64,000 nt of DNA from Pseudomonas aeruginosa PAO1 (GTDB taxonomy: Bacteria > Pseudomonadota > Gammaproteobacteria > Pseudomonadales > Pseudomonadaceae). The stretch lies in assembly GCF_000006765.1 (NCBI RefSeq), contig NC_002516.2, one strand, 5' to 3'. A model generated the notes under the pieces. The model worked only from the letters and a program-made list of their open reading frames with translations, was not told the DNA's origin and did no database searches. The translations under genes were made by a program, and so were the position numbers. Shown here in pieces: positions 1-9,591 of the stretch (the stretch's first letter is position 1; each line of letters begins with the position of its first letter).

Positions 1-141
1 CGCCCACTTCGGCTGCTCCAGGTCGAAGAGGAAGGCCAGGTAGAGGGTCAGCAGCCCGGCGGCGACGGTGCGCAGGGCGAACAGCAGGGTTTCCCGCGGC
101 GGCCGCCAGAGCAAGCGGGCGTAGAATTTCAGCCCTTCCAT
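1..141 (-). CDS. FUSC-family (aromatic acid exporter-like) membrane protein, N-terminal part only; runs off the window start
   Basis: ATG at 141 reads MEGLKFYARLLWRPPRETLLFALRTVAAGLLTLYLAFLFDLEQPKWA, typical of the first FUSC helices. Confidence 0.8.
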   Translation of the reverse strand, partial: MEGLKFYARLLWRPPRETLLFALRTVAAGLLTLYLAFLFDLEQPKWA

Positions 142-541
142 GCCCGGCCCCGCACCTCCAGGCAACGGTTGGCCGCGGACCAGGCGGCGATGAAGCGACT
201 CGACATGCTGGTTTCTCGTTCGGGGTTCATGCGGCGGGTTCGCTTCCAGTCTAGAAGGCGCAAGGAAATCCGTGGCCGCCTACGGGGGCGGGCAGGTGCG
301 GTCGGCCACGGAGCGACGAGTCGCGGCTACAGGGTAAAAGCCCCGACAGCCTTCCCGGTAGCGCGTCCAGGCGAAAACCGTTTTCGCTGAGAACGAACGC
401 TGCGGCGCCTTTCGATTGGGTAAGCTTGCTCAAGGCTGGATCGATTTAGCTTGCGAATCAAGCGGATAGAAAGCCTAAGGAAAACGACCAGGAGGAGCCG
501 AGAATGCGTCGAGCGATTGCCACTGTATCGTGGGCCCACCG

Positions 542-1456
542 ATGAGCCTGCGTTTCGACGATATCGAAGCCTTCCTCAACGTCGCCGAACTCAACAGCGT
601 GACGTCGGCGGCCGAGCGCATGAGCCTGTCCAAGTCGGTGATCAGCAAGCGTGTCAGCGATCTCGAACGACGCCTCGGCGTCCGCCTGCTCTATCGCACC
701 ACGCGCAACGTCGAGCCGACCGAGGCCGGGCATTTCTTCTACAAGGCCGCCAAGGCCTCGCTGCAGGAACTCAACAACGCCGCGGAGATTGTCGCCCTGC
801 GCGAGAACGACCTGTGCGGCGAATTGCGCATCGTCACCCCGATGAGCTTCGGCACCCTCTGGCTGTCGCCGATCATCGCCGACTTCATGAGCCAGCACCC
901 GCGCCTGGAGATCGTCCTGCAGATGGACGACCGCCTCACCGACTTCGAGAAGGAAGGCTACGACCTGAGCATCCGCGTCACCCGCCTGGACGACAGTTCG
1001 CTGATCGCCCGGCCGCTGGCCAACAGCCAGCGGGTGGTCTGCTGCAGCCCCGACTACGCGGAACGCCACGGCACGCTGGACACCCTCGAACAACTGATGC
1101 AGCACGAGTGCCTGGGCTACAACAACGCCACGCCGAGCCAGGTCTGGACCTTCGAACCGGCGTTCCCCGGCGCCAAGCCCCGTGCCGTCTCGCCACGCGG
1201 ACGCTTCAGCAGCAACAACGGCCAGGCCATGCGCGACGCCGCCCTGCGCGGCCAGGGACTGGCGTTGCTGCCGCTGTTCATCGTCGCCGAGGACCTCAAG
1301 AACGGCCGCCTGGTGGACGCCGCGCCCGGCCTGCGCCCACTCGACGACGTGATCTACGCGATGTATTCGCGGGCGGCGGCGATGTCGCCGAAGGTCAAGG
1401 CGTTCATCCAGCATCTCCAGCAGGCGCTGTCGATCCCGCCCTGGGGCAACGGCTGA
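542..1456 (+). CDS. bexR: LysR-family regulator BexR (304 aa)
   Basis: LysR HTH (DIEAFLNVAELNSVTSAAERMSLSKSVISKRVSDLERRLGVRLLYRTTR) plus substrate-binding domain. Start chosen at MSLRF. Symbol from recalled PAO1 synteny. Confidence 0.85.
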   Translation: MSLRFDDIEAFLNVAELNSVTSAAERMSLSKSVISKRVSDLERRLGVRLLYRTTRNVEPTEAGHFFYKAAKASLQELNNAAEIVALRENDLCGELRIVTPMSFGTLWLSPIIADFMSQHPRLEIVLQMDDRLTDFEKEGYDLSIRVTRLDDSSLIARPLANSQRVVCCSPDYAERHGTLDTLEQLMQHECLGYNNATPSQVWTFEPAFPGAKPRAVSPRGRFSSNNGQAMRDAALRGQGLALLPLFIVAEDLKNGRLVDAAPGLRPLDDVIYAMYSRAAAMSPKVKAFIQHLQQALSIPPWGNG

Positions 1457-1570
1457 GCGACCGAACCATTCCGGCGAGGCTCCGGTCAGATACTGGGCAT
1501 GCGGAGAAGACTCCCAGGAGCCTGTCGTCTCTCCCCCGTCCGGCCACCCGGCCCACAAAGGAGAACTGCC

Positions 1571-1840
1571 ATGATCGTGCGTACCCTGCTCATCGCCGCC
1601 GCCCTGCTCGGCGGCACCGCCCAAGCCGCCGAAAGCACCGACCTGTGCGGCGCCAACCTGCAGAAGCTGGACGATATCCTCGCCGTGCGCGGCAAGACCT
1701 CGGTCACCGGTGCGCGGGTCACCGAGGTCAAGGAACTCCAGGCCAAGGCCAGGCAGGACCAGGCCAGCGGCGACACCAAGGGCTGCATCACCGCCACCAC
1801 CCAGGCCCTGCAGATCCTGCAGAACGCCGGGAAGAAATGA
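1571..1840 (+). CDS. Small secreted protein with a Cys pair (89 aa)
   Basis: RBS AGGAGA, signal peptide MIVRTLLIAAALLGGTAQA, LCxxNL...KGCI. Confidence 0.85.
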   Translation: MIVRTLLIAAALLGGTAQAAESTDLCGANLQKLDDILAVRGKTSVTGARVTEVKELQAKARQDQASGDTKGCITATTQALQILQNAGKK

Positions 1841-1855
1841 TCCGCGACAGACGCA

Positions 1856-1937
1856 AGGCGGATAACCGCAAGCGGTTATCCGTCCTACCCCAATGCGACC
1901 CTCCGCAGGGCGAATAGCGCCGCAGGCGTTATCCGCC
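1856..1937. repeat. GTAG-type REP doublet between convergent genes
   Basis: GGCGGATAACCGC-AA-GCGGTTATCCGTC-CTAC (1857-1888) and inverted partner GCAGGGCGAATAGCGCC...GGCGTTATCCGCC (1905-1937). Confidence 0.75.
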
Positions 1938-1975
1938 GACACTCCAGCCCCCGCCCCGACCGCGTCCGATTTCGC

Positions 1976-2521
1976 TCATTCGAAGCGCAGGCTTTCCCGC
2001 ACCGCACGGATTTCTGCCTGGCTGGCGTCGTAGGCCTCGGCCAGGCCGGCATAGGACAGCGAATAGGCCGAGGTCTTGCCGGCCGCGGCGAGCAAGGTCT
2101 GCTTCATCACCACGGCGCCGCGCTGGCGAATGGTGCAGGTGGTCTCCAGCGCCGCCAGCCCGCCGGTGGTGGACGGCTGCGGCGAGGTGCAGGCGGTCTG
2201 CAGGCCGTTGCGCAGGAACTCGATCTGCACCAGCTTGCGCATGTGCCCGAGGACTTTCTCCAGGTTCACTGCCTGCCCGCTCTGCAGGGGCATCCGCGTC
2301 ACCTCCATCACCAGTGCCTGGGAGCCGTCTGCCTGCAACTTGACCGCGCGCTGGCGCTGGCCGGCGCCGGCCTGGCCGGGCTGCGCGGCGGGCAGGTCGC
2401 TGACCTGCCAGCCCGCCGGCCAGCGCGCCATCGACGCCTCGGCCAGGCTCAGCGCGGACAGCGTGCCGACCGCCAGGGCCAGCCAGCGCCAGCCGTTGCG
2501 TCGCGTTTGCGCCTGCCTCAC
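1976..2521 (-). CDS. Exported DcrB/PsbP-like protein (181 aa)
   Basis: GTG at 2521 overlaps the ATPase stop (GTGA), RBS GAGGAGG, N-terminal hydrophobic signal, two Cys. Fold assignment is inference. Confidence 0.7.
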   Translation of the reverse strand: MRQAQTRRNGWRWLALAVGTLSALSLAEASMARWPAGWQVSDLPAAQPGQAGAGQRQRAVKLQADGSQALVMEVTRMPLQSGQAVNLEKVLGHMRKLVQIEFLRNGLQTACTSPQPSTTGGLAALETTCTIRQRGAVVMKQTLLAAAGKTSAYSLSYAGLAEAYDASQAEIRAVRESLRFE

Positions 2522-4503
2522 GGTGTACCCTCCTCTTCGCGTCCCTCCACGGCCGGCCGGGGCTGCCCGAGGGGCTCCTCGAAACGCAGCAGGCGTCCGG
2601 CATTGCCCAGCACCAGCAAGGTGCTGAGGTTGTGCAGCAGCGCCGCGACCATCGCCCCGGCCGCGCCGAGCAGGCCGAAGGCTGCCGCGGCGACGATCGC
2701 CAGGGTCCAGCCGAGGCCGATCGCCACGTTGACCTGCAGGGTCCGCCGGCATTGCCGGCTGAGCCGCACGCAGGTGCCGAGCCGGCGCAGGTCGCTGCCG
2801 ATCAGCACGATATCCGCCGAGGCCAGGGCGATGTCGGCGCCGCCGGCGCCCATTGCCACCCCGACCACACCGGCCTTCAGCGCCAGCGAATCGTTGATGC
2901 CGTCGCCGACCACCATCGGCCGGAAACCGCTGCCGATCTCCGCGCCGACCTGGCGCAGCTTGTCCTCCGGCAACGCCTGCGCCACCAGTTGGCGAATCCC
3001 CACCTGCTTGGCCACGGCGTCGGCCACCGCCCGGCGATCGCCGGTCAGCAACAGTTGCCGGCCCAGACCCAGTTCGCGCAGATCGGCCAGGGCCTCGGCG
3101 GCCTCCGCGCGTACGCTGTCGGCCAGCAGCAGCCAGCCGAGGAAGCGCCCGTCCAGGGCGATTCCGGCGATCGGTCCCTCATGCTCCGGCACCTCGCTGG
3201 CGTCGATGCCCAGTTGCTGGAACAGTTCGGGCCGGCCGAGGGCGGCTTCGCCCGCCGCTGTTCGTGCGACCACGCCGAACCCCTGGCGTTCGCGGATATC
3301 GCTCAATGGATGATAGGCATCGTGCGCCGCCAGGGCTGCCAGCGCTCGGCTCACCGGATGGCTGCTGGCGGCGCCGAGGCTAGCGGCCAGGCGCAGCACC
3401 GACGCCTCCTCGGCGGCATCGGCCAGGCGCAGCGCCTGCAGGCGCAGGCTGCCGTGGGTCAGGGTGCCGGTCTTGTCGACCACCAGCGAAGTCAGGTCCG
3501 CCAGCTCCTCGAGGAAGGCCGAGCTGCGGATCAGGATACCGTGGCGGGCGGCCACGGCGATCCCGGCGATAGCCGTGGCCGGGGCGGACAGCACCAGGGC
3601 GCAGGGACAGGCGGCGACCAGCACGGCGAGCATGGCCTGGGCATCGTTGGTGACGAACCAGGTGACCGCGGCGATCAGCAACACCAGCAACATGTACTGC
3701 CCGGCGTAGCGCTCCAGCAGGCGGGTGATCGGCGGCTTGGCGCGCTCGGCCTGCTGCATCAGGCCGATCACCTTGCCCAGGGTCGAGGCCTCGCCGGTAC
3801 GGGTTATCTCGATGCGCAGCAGGCCGTCGAGGTTGATCGCGCCGCCGTAGACCTCCATCCCCGGCGCCACCTCGAGCGGCACCGACTCGCCGGTGATCGG
3901 CGCGGTGTCGAGACTGGCCTGGCCTTGCAGGACCCGCCCGTCGGCCGGAACCCGGTCGCCGGCGCGCACTTCCACCTGGTCGCCCGGCCGCAGGCTGGCG
4001 TTGTCCACCTCGCTCAGGCTGCCGTCGGCCTCGATCCGCCGGGCATGGCTGCGGGTCAGCTCGCCGAGGGCGGCGATGGCCTCCTGGGAGCCGATCACGC
4101 TGCGCTCCTCCAGTACATGGCCGAAGATCATGATGATCGGCAGCAGCGCGGCGGTCAGCAGGTCGCCGCTGGCCCAGGCGCCGAGCATGGCCAGCGCGAT
4201 CAACTGGTCGGTGACGCCATGCAGGCTCGGATGCCGCAGGCTGTCCCAGGCCGAGCGGGCCACCGGCAGCGCCACCAGCAGCGACGCGACGCCGAGCAGG
4301 ATCTGGCTGACCCCGGCCTGGTCCGCCGCCAGCCAGCGCCAGGCCAGGCCGAGCAGCAACAGGCCGAGGGCGAGCATCGCCAGGCTCAGCTGGCGCGCGG
4401 CACGGCGCTGCTCGTCGCGGCTGAGCAGGCCGCCGCCGAACGGCAGGTGATGATGGTGATGCGCGCAGCCGCCATGGCTGCCGTGGGCGGTCGGCTCGCT
4501 CAT
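2518..4503 (-). CDS. Heavy-metal P1B-type ATPase (661 aa) with a His-rich N-terminus and no HMA domain
   Basis: TGES, CPC, DKTGT, HP and GDGIND motifs; RBS GGAGG before ATG 4503; N-terminus HGSHGGCAHHHHH. Confidence 0.95.
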   Translation of the reverse strand: MSEPTAHGSHGGCAHHHHHLPFGGGLLSRDEQRRAARQLSLAMLALGLLLLGLAWRWLAADQAGVSQILLGVASLLVALPVARSAWDSLRHPSLHGVTDQLIALAMLGAWASGDLLTAALLPIIMIFGHVLEERSVIGSQEAIAALGELTRSHARRIEADGSLSEVDNASLRPGDQVEVRAGDRVPADGRVLQGQASLDTAPITGESVPLEVAPGMEVYGGAINLDGLLRIEITRTGEASTLGKVIGLMQQAERAKPPITRLLERYAGQYMLLVLLIAAVTWFVTNDAQAMLAVLVAACPCALVLSAPATAIAGIAVAARHGILIRSSAFLEELADLTSLVVDKTGTLTHGSLRLQALRLADAAEEASVLRLAASLGAASSHPVSRALAALAAHDAYHPLSDIRERQGFGVVARTAAGEAALGRPELFQQLGIDASEVPEHEGPIAGIALDGRFLGWLLLADSVRAEAAEALADLRELGLGRQLLLTGDRRAVADAVAKQVGIRQLVAQALPEDKLRQVGAEIGSGFRPMVVGDGINDSLALKAGVVGVAMGAGGADIALASADIVLIGSDLRRLGTCVRLSRQCRRTLQVNVAIGLGWTLAIVAAAAFGLLGAAGAMVAALLHNLSTLLVLGNAGRLLRFEEPLGQPRPAVEGREEEGTP

Positions 4504-4531
4504 GCGCACCTCCCGGGGCGAGCCGCGGCGG

Positions 4532-4966
4532 CTATTGCGGGAAGCGCGCGTCCGGCCGGCGTACGTAGTCCAGGGCTTCCTTCTCGGTGAGCTCCCAGAT
4601 CTGCTTGACTTGCCCGTTGTTGTCGCTCTTCAGGCCGACGAAACTGCCCTTGAGCTGGGGCATGCGGCCATAGACGATGAACAGGTTCTGCGCCGTGCGG
4701 ATGCGCACCGACGGCGCCACCGAATAGCTGACGGTCTTCTTCCCCAGCCCCAGGGTGAGCACGCTGCGCAGCAGGCTCTGCTTGGGCTTCTTCAGGGTGA
4801 TGACCGGGTACTGCGCGCTGGCCACGAAGCCCACCAGCATGTCGCTCGGCAACTGCCGCGCCAGCGCCTCGCCGCCGCACAGCAACAGCGCCAGCCCGCA
4901 CAGCAGGGCCCTGCCGGGTGATAGCCGCGCACCGTTGCCCGTGAATGGAATACCGCCTGCCGTCAT
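4532..4966 (-). CDS. Small exported basic hypothetical protein (about 144 aa)
   Basis: Signal-like segment ALLCGLALLLCGGEALA, ordered sequence, collinear with the operon; exact start uncertain. Confidence 0.75.
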   Translation of the reverse strand: MTAGGIPFTGNGARLSPGRALLCGLALLLCGGEALARQLPSDMLVGFVASAQYPVITLKKPKQSLLRSVLTLGLGKKTVSYSVAPSVRIRTAQNLFIVYGRMPQLKGSFVGLKSDNNGQVKQIWELTEKEALDYVRRPDARFPQ

Positions 4967-5119
4967 TGCCCGTCCCGTTCGCCTGGTTGTTCGACTCGGC
5001 GCCGCGTTCCGCTGGCGGAAGCGCGTACCGAAGGTTGATGCCGACGCAGGGTAGCCGTTTCACGTTCGCTTGTCCGTCCATTGTTTCACAGCCCGCGAAG
5101 GGCACCGTCGGGCAGCGGC

Positions 5120-6160
5120 TCATGGCTGCCCACCTTGCAGAATCAGGCGGCCATCGTCGCGCGGATCGACGCTGCCGACCGAACCGGCCTTGCCGAGGAT
5201 CGCCGGCACCCGTTCGCGGTACAGGCGCCAGAGCAGGCCGGCATCGGTCGCGCCCAGCGCCGGGGCCAGGCCAACGATGCTGGCGGTGTCGCGGCGCGCC
5301 TGGGCCAGCCGTTCGCCGGCCTCGGCGCGGGCGAGCTGCAGGGTGCGGTCGGCCCCCTCGGTGGCGGCCTGGGTGAGTTTCTCCGCCTCGGTGCGCGCCT
5401 TGGCGACGTTCTGCTCGGCCAGTTGGCTGGCGGTCAGCACCGCGTTGAAGGCGCTTACCGCATTGCGCGGCAGGCTCGACTGCACGTCGACCCGCACCAC
5501 CTGGATGCCCAGCCCGCTGCCGGCCGCGGCCAACGCCGCCAGGCTGTGGTTGATGCCCTGCACCAGGTCGCCGCGCAGGCGTTCGCGGCGCTCGGCGACC
5601 GCGCTGTCGTTGCCGAGCAACTCCGGGCGCGCCACCAGGATGGTGTCCAGGTCGCGCGCGGCGCAGACCTGCACGGCGTTGCGCGCCACCAGCCGGTCCA
5701 GCGCCGGCAGCACGTGGGCGCCCTGGAGGACGTAGGCGTACGGGTCGTCGACCTTGTAGAACACCCGCACGTCCAGTTGCACCACCCCGGCGTCGCCGGT
5801 CAGCAGGTAGCCGGAGCCGGCCAGCGCGTCGCTGGACAGGCTGACGTCGAGATCGGCGCGACGCGCCTGCTCGGAACGCAGCAGGCCCTCGACGCGGCGT
5901 TCGATCACCTGTTCGGCGGACGGCAGCAGCACCACCTGCTCCAGCGGCTGCGGCCAGGCCAGCAGCAGGCCGGGACCGGCCAGGCGCTCCAGCGCGCCCA
6001 GGCGCAGCACTACGGCGCGGTTCTCCGGGCCGATCTGGCGGACGTTGGAAAACGCCCAGGCCAGCGCCGCCAGGAGGGTCACGCCGAACAGTGCGAGGAA
6101 CGCCAGGCGTCCGGCCTGCAGCCAGGGGCTGCGCAGCCCCTCGCGCGCTTCGCCGCTCAT
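5120..6160 (-). CDS. SPFH/band-7 protein, HflK-like (346 aa)
   Basis: N-terminal TM, ERAVVLRLG-like segment, LLTGDAGVVQLDV, Ala/Glu-rich coiled coil; ATGA overlap with the upstream gene. Confidence 0.9.
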   Translation of the reverse strand: MSGEAREGLRSPWLQAGRLAFLALFGVTLLAALAWAFSNVRQIGPENRAVVLRLGALERLAGPGLLLAWPQPLEQVVLLPSAEQVIERRVEGLLRSEQARRADLDVSLSSDALAGSGYLLTGDAGVVQLDVRVFYKVDDPYAYVLQGAHVLPALDRLVARNAVQVCAARDLDTILVARPELLGNDSAVAERRERLRGDLVQGINHSLAALAAAGSGLGIQVVRVDVQSSLPRNAVSAFNAVLTASQLAEQNVAKARTEAEKLTQAATEGADRTLQLARAEAGERLAQARRDTASIVGLAPALGATDAGLLWRLYRERVPAILGKAGSVGSVDPRDDGRLILQGGQP

Positions 6161-7197
6161 GGCCGGCGCCCGTTGGCCGGCGCTTCGGCGGGGAGCGCCG
6201 GCGGCCCGTCGACCAGCACGCGGAACGGTGCGGCATCGGTGCGCAAGACCAGCCGGGTATCGCCGTTGACGATGGTGCCAAGGGTGTCCAGCGAGCGCAG
6301 CAGGTTGTATAGCTGCGGCGAACCGGCGTAGGCCTTGCCGTAGATGCGCGCCGCCTCGACCCGTGCCTGGGCCTCGATCTCCGCGGCTTTCACCGAAGCC
6401 TCGGCCTGGATCACCCGGGCGTCGCGCTCCGCCGCCGAACGGATCTCCGCGGCCTGGCGACGGCCCTCGGCGGTACGCTCGGTGGCGATGGTCTCGCGCT
6501 CGGCGCGCATGCGGTCGACGGTGGCGCCGAGGGTCACCTTGGGCAGGGTCAGGCGCTCGATGCCGACCTGCACCACCTTGACCCCGTAGGTCGCCAGCAA
6601 CTGATGGTCGATCTGTTCGCGCAGGCGCGCTTCGAAGTCGCCGATACGCACCCGCGACGCCTCGGTATTCACCAGGTCGGCCAGGTCATAGGCGCTGGCG
6701 GTGGTTTCCAGCGCCGAGCCGACGAAGGTGCGCAACTGCCGGGCAGCCTCGTCCGGCTGGTTGCGCACCGCGCGCATGAAGCGCTGCACGTTGTCGGCGT
6801 CGCCCTGGACCTGCCAGGCCACGTAGGCCTGGACGATGATCCGCAGGCCATCGCGGGTGCCGACGTCCTGCAGGCCGCTGGAGGTGGTGCGCAGGCGCAG
6901 GTCGACCGGGATCGCGCTCTCGAACGGCAACGGCAGGCGCCAGGCCAGGCCCGGTTCGAGCAGGACCCGCGCCGGGTTGCCGAAACGGGTGATGACCATC
7001 GCCTCGCCGGAACGTACCTGCACCAGGCAAGCGGCGGCGACGGCGAACAGCACCAGCAGCGCGGCGACCAGCAGCCGGCGCCAGGGCGACGCGGCCTGTG
7101 CGCCATGGCCGTGATCGTGATCGTGATCGTGATCGTGATGATGCTCGTGGTGGCTGTGCGAGTGGGAGTGACCGAGGCTCAAGAGCGCTCTCCTCAT
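6157..7197 (-). CDS. SPFH protein, HflC-like, with a His/Asp-rich N-terminal tail
   Basis: VITRFGNP, GLAWRLPLPFES, RMRAERE and YNLLRSL motifs. Start is ATG 7197 (ATGA overlap) or TTG 7182 behind AGGAGA. Confidence 0.9.
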   Translation of the reverse strand: MRRALLSLGHSHSHSHHEHHHDHDHDHDHGHGAQAASPWRRLLVAALLVLFAVAAACLVQVRSGEAMVITRFGNPARVLLEPGLAWRLPLPFESAIPVDLRLRTTSSGLQDVGTRDGLRIIVQAYVAWQVQGDADNVQRFMRAVRNQPDEAARQLRTFVGSALETTASAYDLADLVNTEASRVRIGDFEARLREQIDHQLLATYGVKVVQVGIERLTLPKVTLGATVDRMRAERETIATERTAEGRRQAAEIRSAAERDARVIQAEASVKAAEIEAQARVEAARIYGKAYAGSPQLYNLLRSLDTLGTIVNGDTRLVLRTDAAPFRVLVDGPPALPAEAPANGRRP

Positions 7198-9194
7198 GGT
7201 GCGGATTGCCCGGCCGCGGACGCCGGAGCGGCGGACGGACGGGACGAAGACGGGGAATCCAGGCGGCCGAGGCCGAAGCTGCGCAGGTCGATGGTCGGCG
7301 CGCCGGCGCCGGCGATGCGGTGGTCGATGAGCAGCAGGTTGGCCTTGCCCAGGCCGCGTCCGAGTTGGCGGTAGTAGGCCTCCAGCAGGAAAGCCTGGCC
7401 GGCGTCGGCATAGCCTTCCCGCTCGGCGGCGAAGCGCCGGTCGGCGGCCTGCGCGGCGGCCAGGGTCTCGCGGGCCTGCGCGCTGGCCCGGTCGTGCGCC
7501 ACGCTGGCCTGTAGTTGCGCCTCGTTGCGTTGCGCGGCGGCCTGCCCGCGCTCGCGGGCGATCAGCGCCTGGGCGGTGATCTGCGCGGCCTGCACCGCGT
7601 GGTAGGCATTCGCCGCACCGGCCGGCGGATGGATCGCCTCGACCGCCGCGCCCAGTACCTCGACGCCGCTGCCGAGGCGATCGAGATCGGCCTGCACGGC
7701 CTGGCCGATCTGCTCGGCCAGGCCCGCACGCTGCTCGCCGAGGACCTCGTCGAGGGTCCGCGAGGCGAAGGCATGCACCAGTACGCGGCTGGCGGTGCTG
7801 CGCACCAGCGTCGGCACGTCGGCGCTGCGGTAGGTCGCCGCCAGCGCCGATGCGTCGTCGAGAGCGATGCGGTAGACGATGCGCACGTCCATGTTGACGA
7901 TCTGGAAGCTCTGCCGATGGTCGGCCAGGCTGGCGATGACCTGCGATTTCTCGCTGACGTGGGAGGCGTCCCACAAGCGGTTGGCGCTATCCGGGGCCGG
8001 ACCTTCGGCGGGCGCGAGCGGCTCGGCTCCGCCGTCGCCGGCGGCGACGCTGGTGGCCAACTCGTGGACCACCCCGTTCTCCACCGCCAACACCCGCCCC
8101 AGCGGCCAGGGCAGCCCCAGGTGCAGGCCGGGGCCGAGCACCGCGACCGGCTTGCCGAAGCGCTCGTAGACACCCCGTGCATCCATGCCGATCTCGCGTA
8201 CGCCGCTGAGCAGCCAGCCGCTCAGCGACACCACCGCCAGCACCGGCAGGAACGCCCGCCGCATGAAACCGAAGGCCCAGACCTGGCGCAGGTCGATGCC
8301 GAAGCGCTGGTGCAACTCATGCTGCAGACGCTGCAGGGGACGCGGCGGCCAGCGCAACAGGTCGGCCAGCAGGCTGGTGGCGACCAGGCGCGGTTCGAGG
8401 CCGGCACGCTGCGGCGCGAACATCGCCAGGATCGCCCTGCCCAGCAACTCCAGCGCCAGCGCCGCCGGCAACAGGCCGAGCAGTACCGCCAGGCGCGGGG
8501 CCCAGGGGTGTCCCTGGCGAGCCAGGAACAGACAGAGGGCGGCCAGCACCAGGGTACCGATCAACGCCCGCGCCAGTTGCCCGAGGACCGGGGCTTCCGG
8601 CCACTGCGCCGGCCCTTGGCTGGCGAGGCGACGTTCCAGCACCAGCACCGCGAAGGCCAGCAGCAGGCAGATACCGATGGCGAGGTCGGCCGCTTGCCCG
8701 GAACTGGCCGGCGGCAGGTCGAGACGCCAGCCGGCGGCTACCAGGCACAACGCCAGCGCCGCGCTCGCCGCCAGCCACAGCGCAGCGTGCCCGAGCTGGG
8801 CCAGGCCGTGGGCGATGGCCTGGCCCAGGCGCTCCAGCAGCCGTTCATAGGCGCTGTCGGCGGTGGCGTCGGGTTCGTCCCGCTGCCAGCGCAGCCAGGC
8901 AGGCCGCGCGCTGGCCTCCGCGCCGAGGACCACGCAACGCCAGGCCGCGACCCGGTAGGCCGCGTGCAGACCGGCGAACAGGACCAGCCAGGCCGCGCCG
9001 AGGTTGTACAGCAGCGGCGGCCAGAGCGAGTCGGCGGCGAACAGGCCGATGAAGAACCCCAGCACGGCGCAGGCGGCGGCCAAGGCGACGCTGGCCGCTG
9101 CCCATCGCCACAGCTGGCGCAACTGCCGGGGCGCCTGCTGGAAACGCGGCAGCGATTCGGCGGCGACGCCCTCGGCGTCCAGGTCGACTCTCAT
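7194..9194 (-). CDS. SPFH protein, HflK-like, with a large polytopic N-terminal membrane domain (666 aa)
   Basis: RBS GGAG before ATG 9194; about 7 hydrophobic segments, then GVYERFGKP...GLHLGLPWP and IHPPAGAANAYHAVQAA. Confidence 0.9.
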   Translation of the reverse strand: MRVDLDAEGVAAESLPRFQQAPRQLRQLWRWAAASVALAAACAVLGFFIGLFAADSLWPPLLYNLGAAWLVLFAGLHAAYRVAAWRCVVLGAEASARPAWLRWQRDEPDATADSAYERLLERLGQAIAHGLAQLGHAALWLAASAALALCLVAAGWRLDLPPASSGQAADLAIGICLLLAFAVLVLERRLASQGPAQWPEAPVLGQLARALIGTLVLAALCLFLARQGHPWAPRLAVLLGLLPAALALELLGRAILAMFAPQRAGLEPRLVATSLLADLLRWPPRPLQRLQHELHQRFGIDLRQVWAFGFMRRAFLPVLAVVSLSGWLLSGVREIGMDARGVYERFGKPVAVLGPGLHLGLPWPLGRVLAVENGVVHELATSVAAGDGGAEPLAPAEGPAPDSANRLWDASHVSEKSQVIASLADHRQSFQIVNMDVRIVYRIALDDASALAATYRSADVPTLVRSTASRVLVHAFASRTLDEVLGEQRAGLAEQIGQAVQADLDRLGSGVEVLGAAVEAIHPPAGAANAYHAVQAAQITAQALIARERGQAAAQRNEAQLQASVAHDRASAQARETLAAAQAADRRFAAEREGYADAGQAFLLEAYYRQLGRGLGKANLLLIDHRIAGAGAPTIDLRSFGLGRLDSPSSSRPSAAPASAAGQSAP

Positions 9195-9577
9195 CTTCAC
9201 TCCAGGCAAAACTCGAAGGTACCGGCCAGGCCGGCGCAAACGCCCGCAACTTTATAACAATGCGCGTTAAGAAGTTGTCATGATTTGAAAAACAGTCTGC
9301 ATCCCAAGGCTCTTGACTGGAAGACGAGAGTCTGTGTGCAGCACCCTGGGCAACACCTAACCAATCGAAAGGTTCTAAGCAGCCGGGAAAAACCACCGGA
9401 CATCCGTGCAAACGACCATTCGTCGGCAATTCTCATTCAAATCGGATTTCTTATAACCAATCCGCATAGGCCTACCGGAGCCCTCATCTCCCCCGCAAAG
9501 GCACGCCATTCCGGGCCTCGACGCGTAGCCGGCAGGCCTTTTCGCATAGCCTGACGGTTTTATAACAGCGGCAGAGC

Positions 9578-9591
9578 GTCAATAATCCGAC
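9578..9591. promoter_or_regulatory. Candidate FleQ box upstream of the deacetylase-like operon
   Basis: GTCAATAATCCGAC versus the recalled consensus GTCAnTAAAnTGAC; weaker copy GTCAAAAAAGAATC at 9608-9621. Confidence 0.5.
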
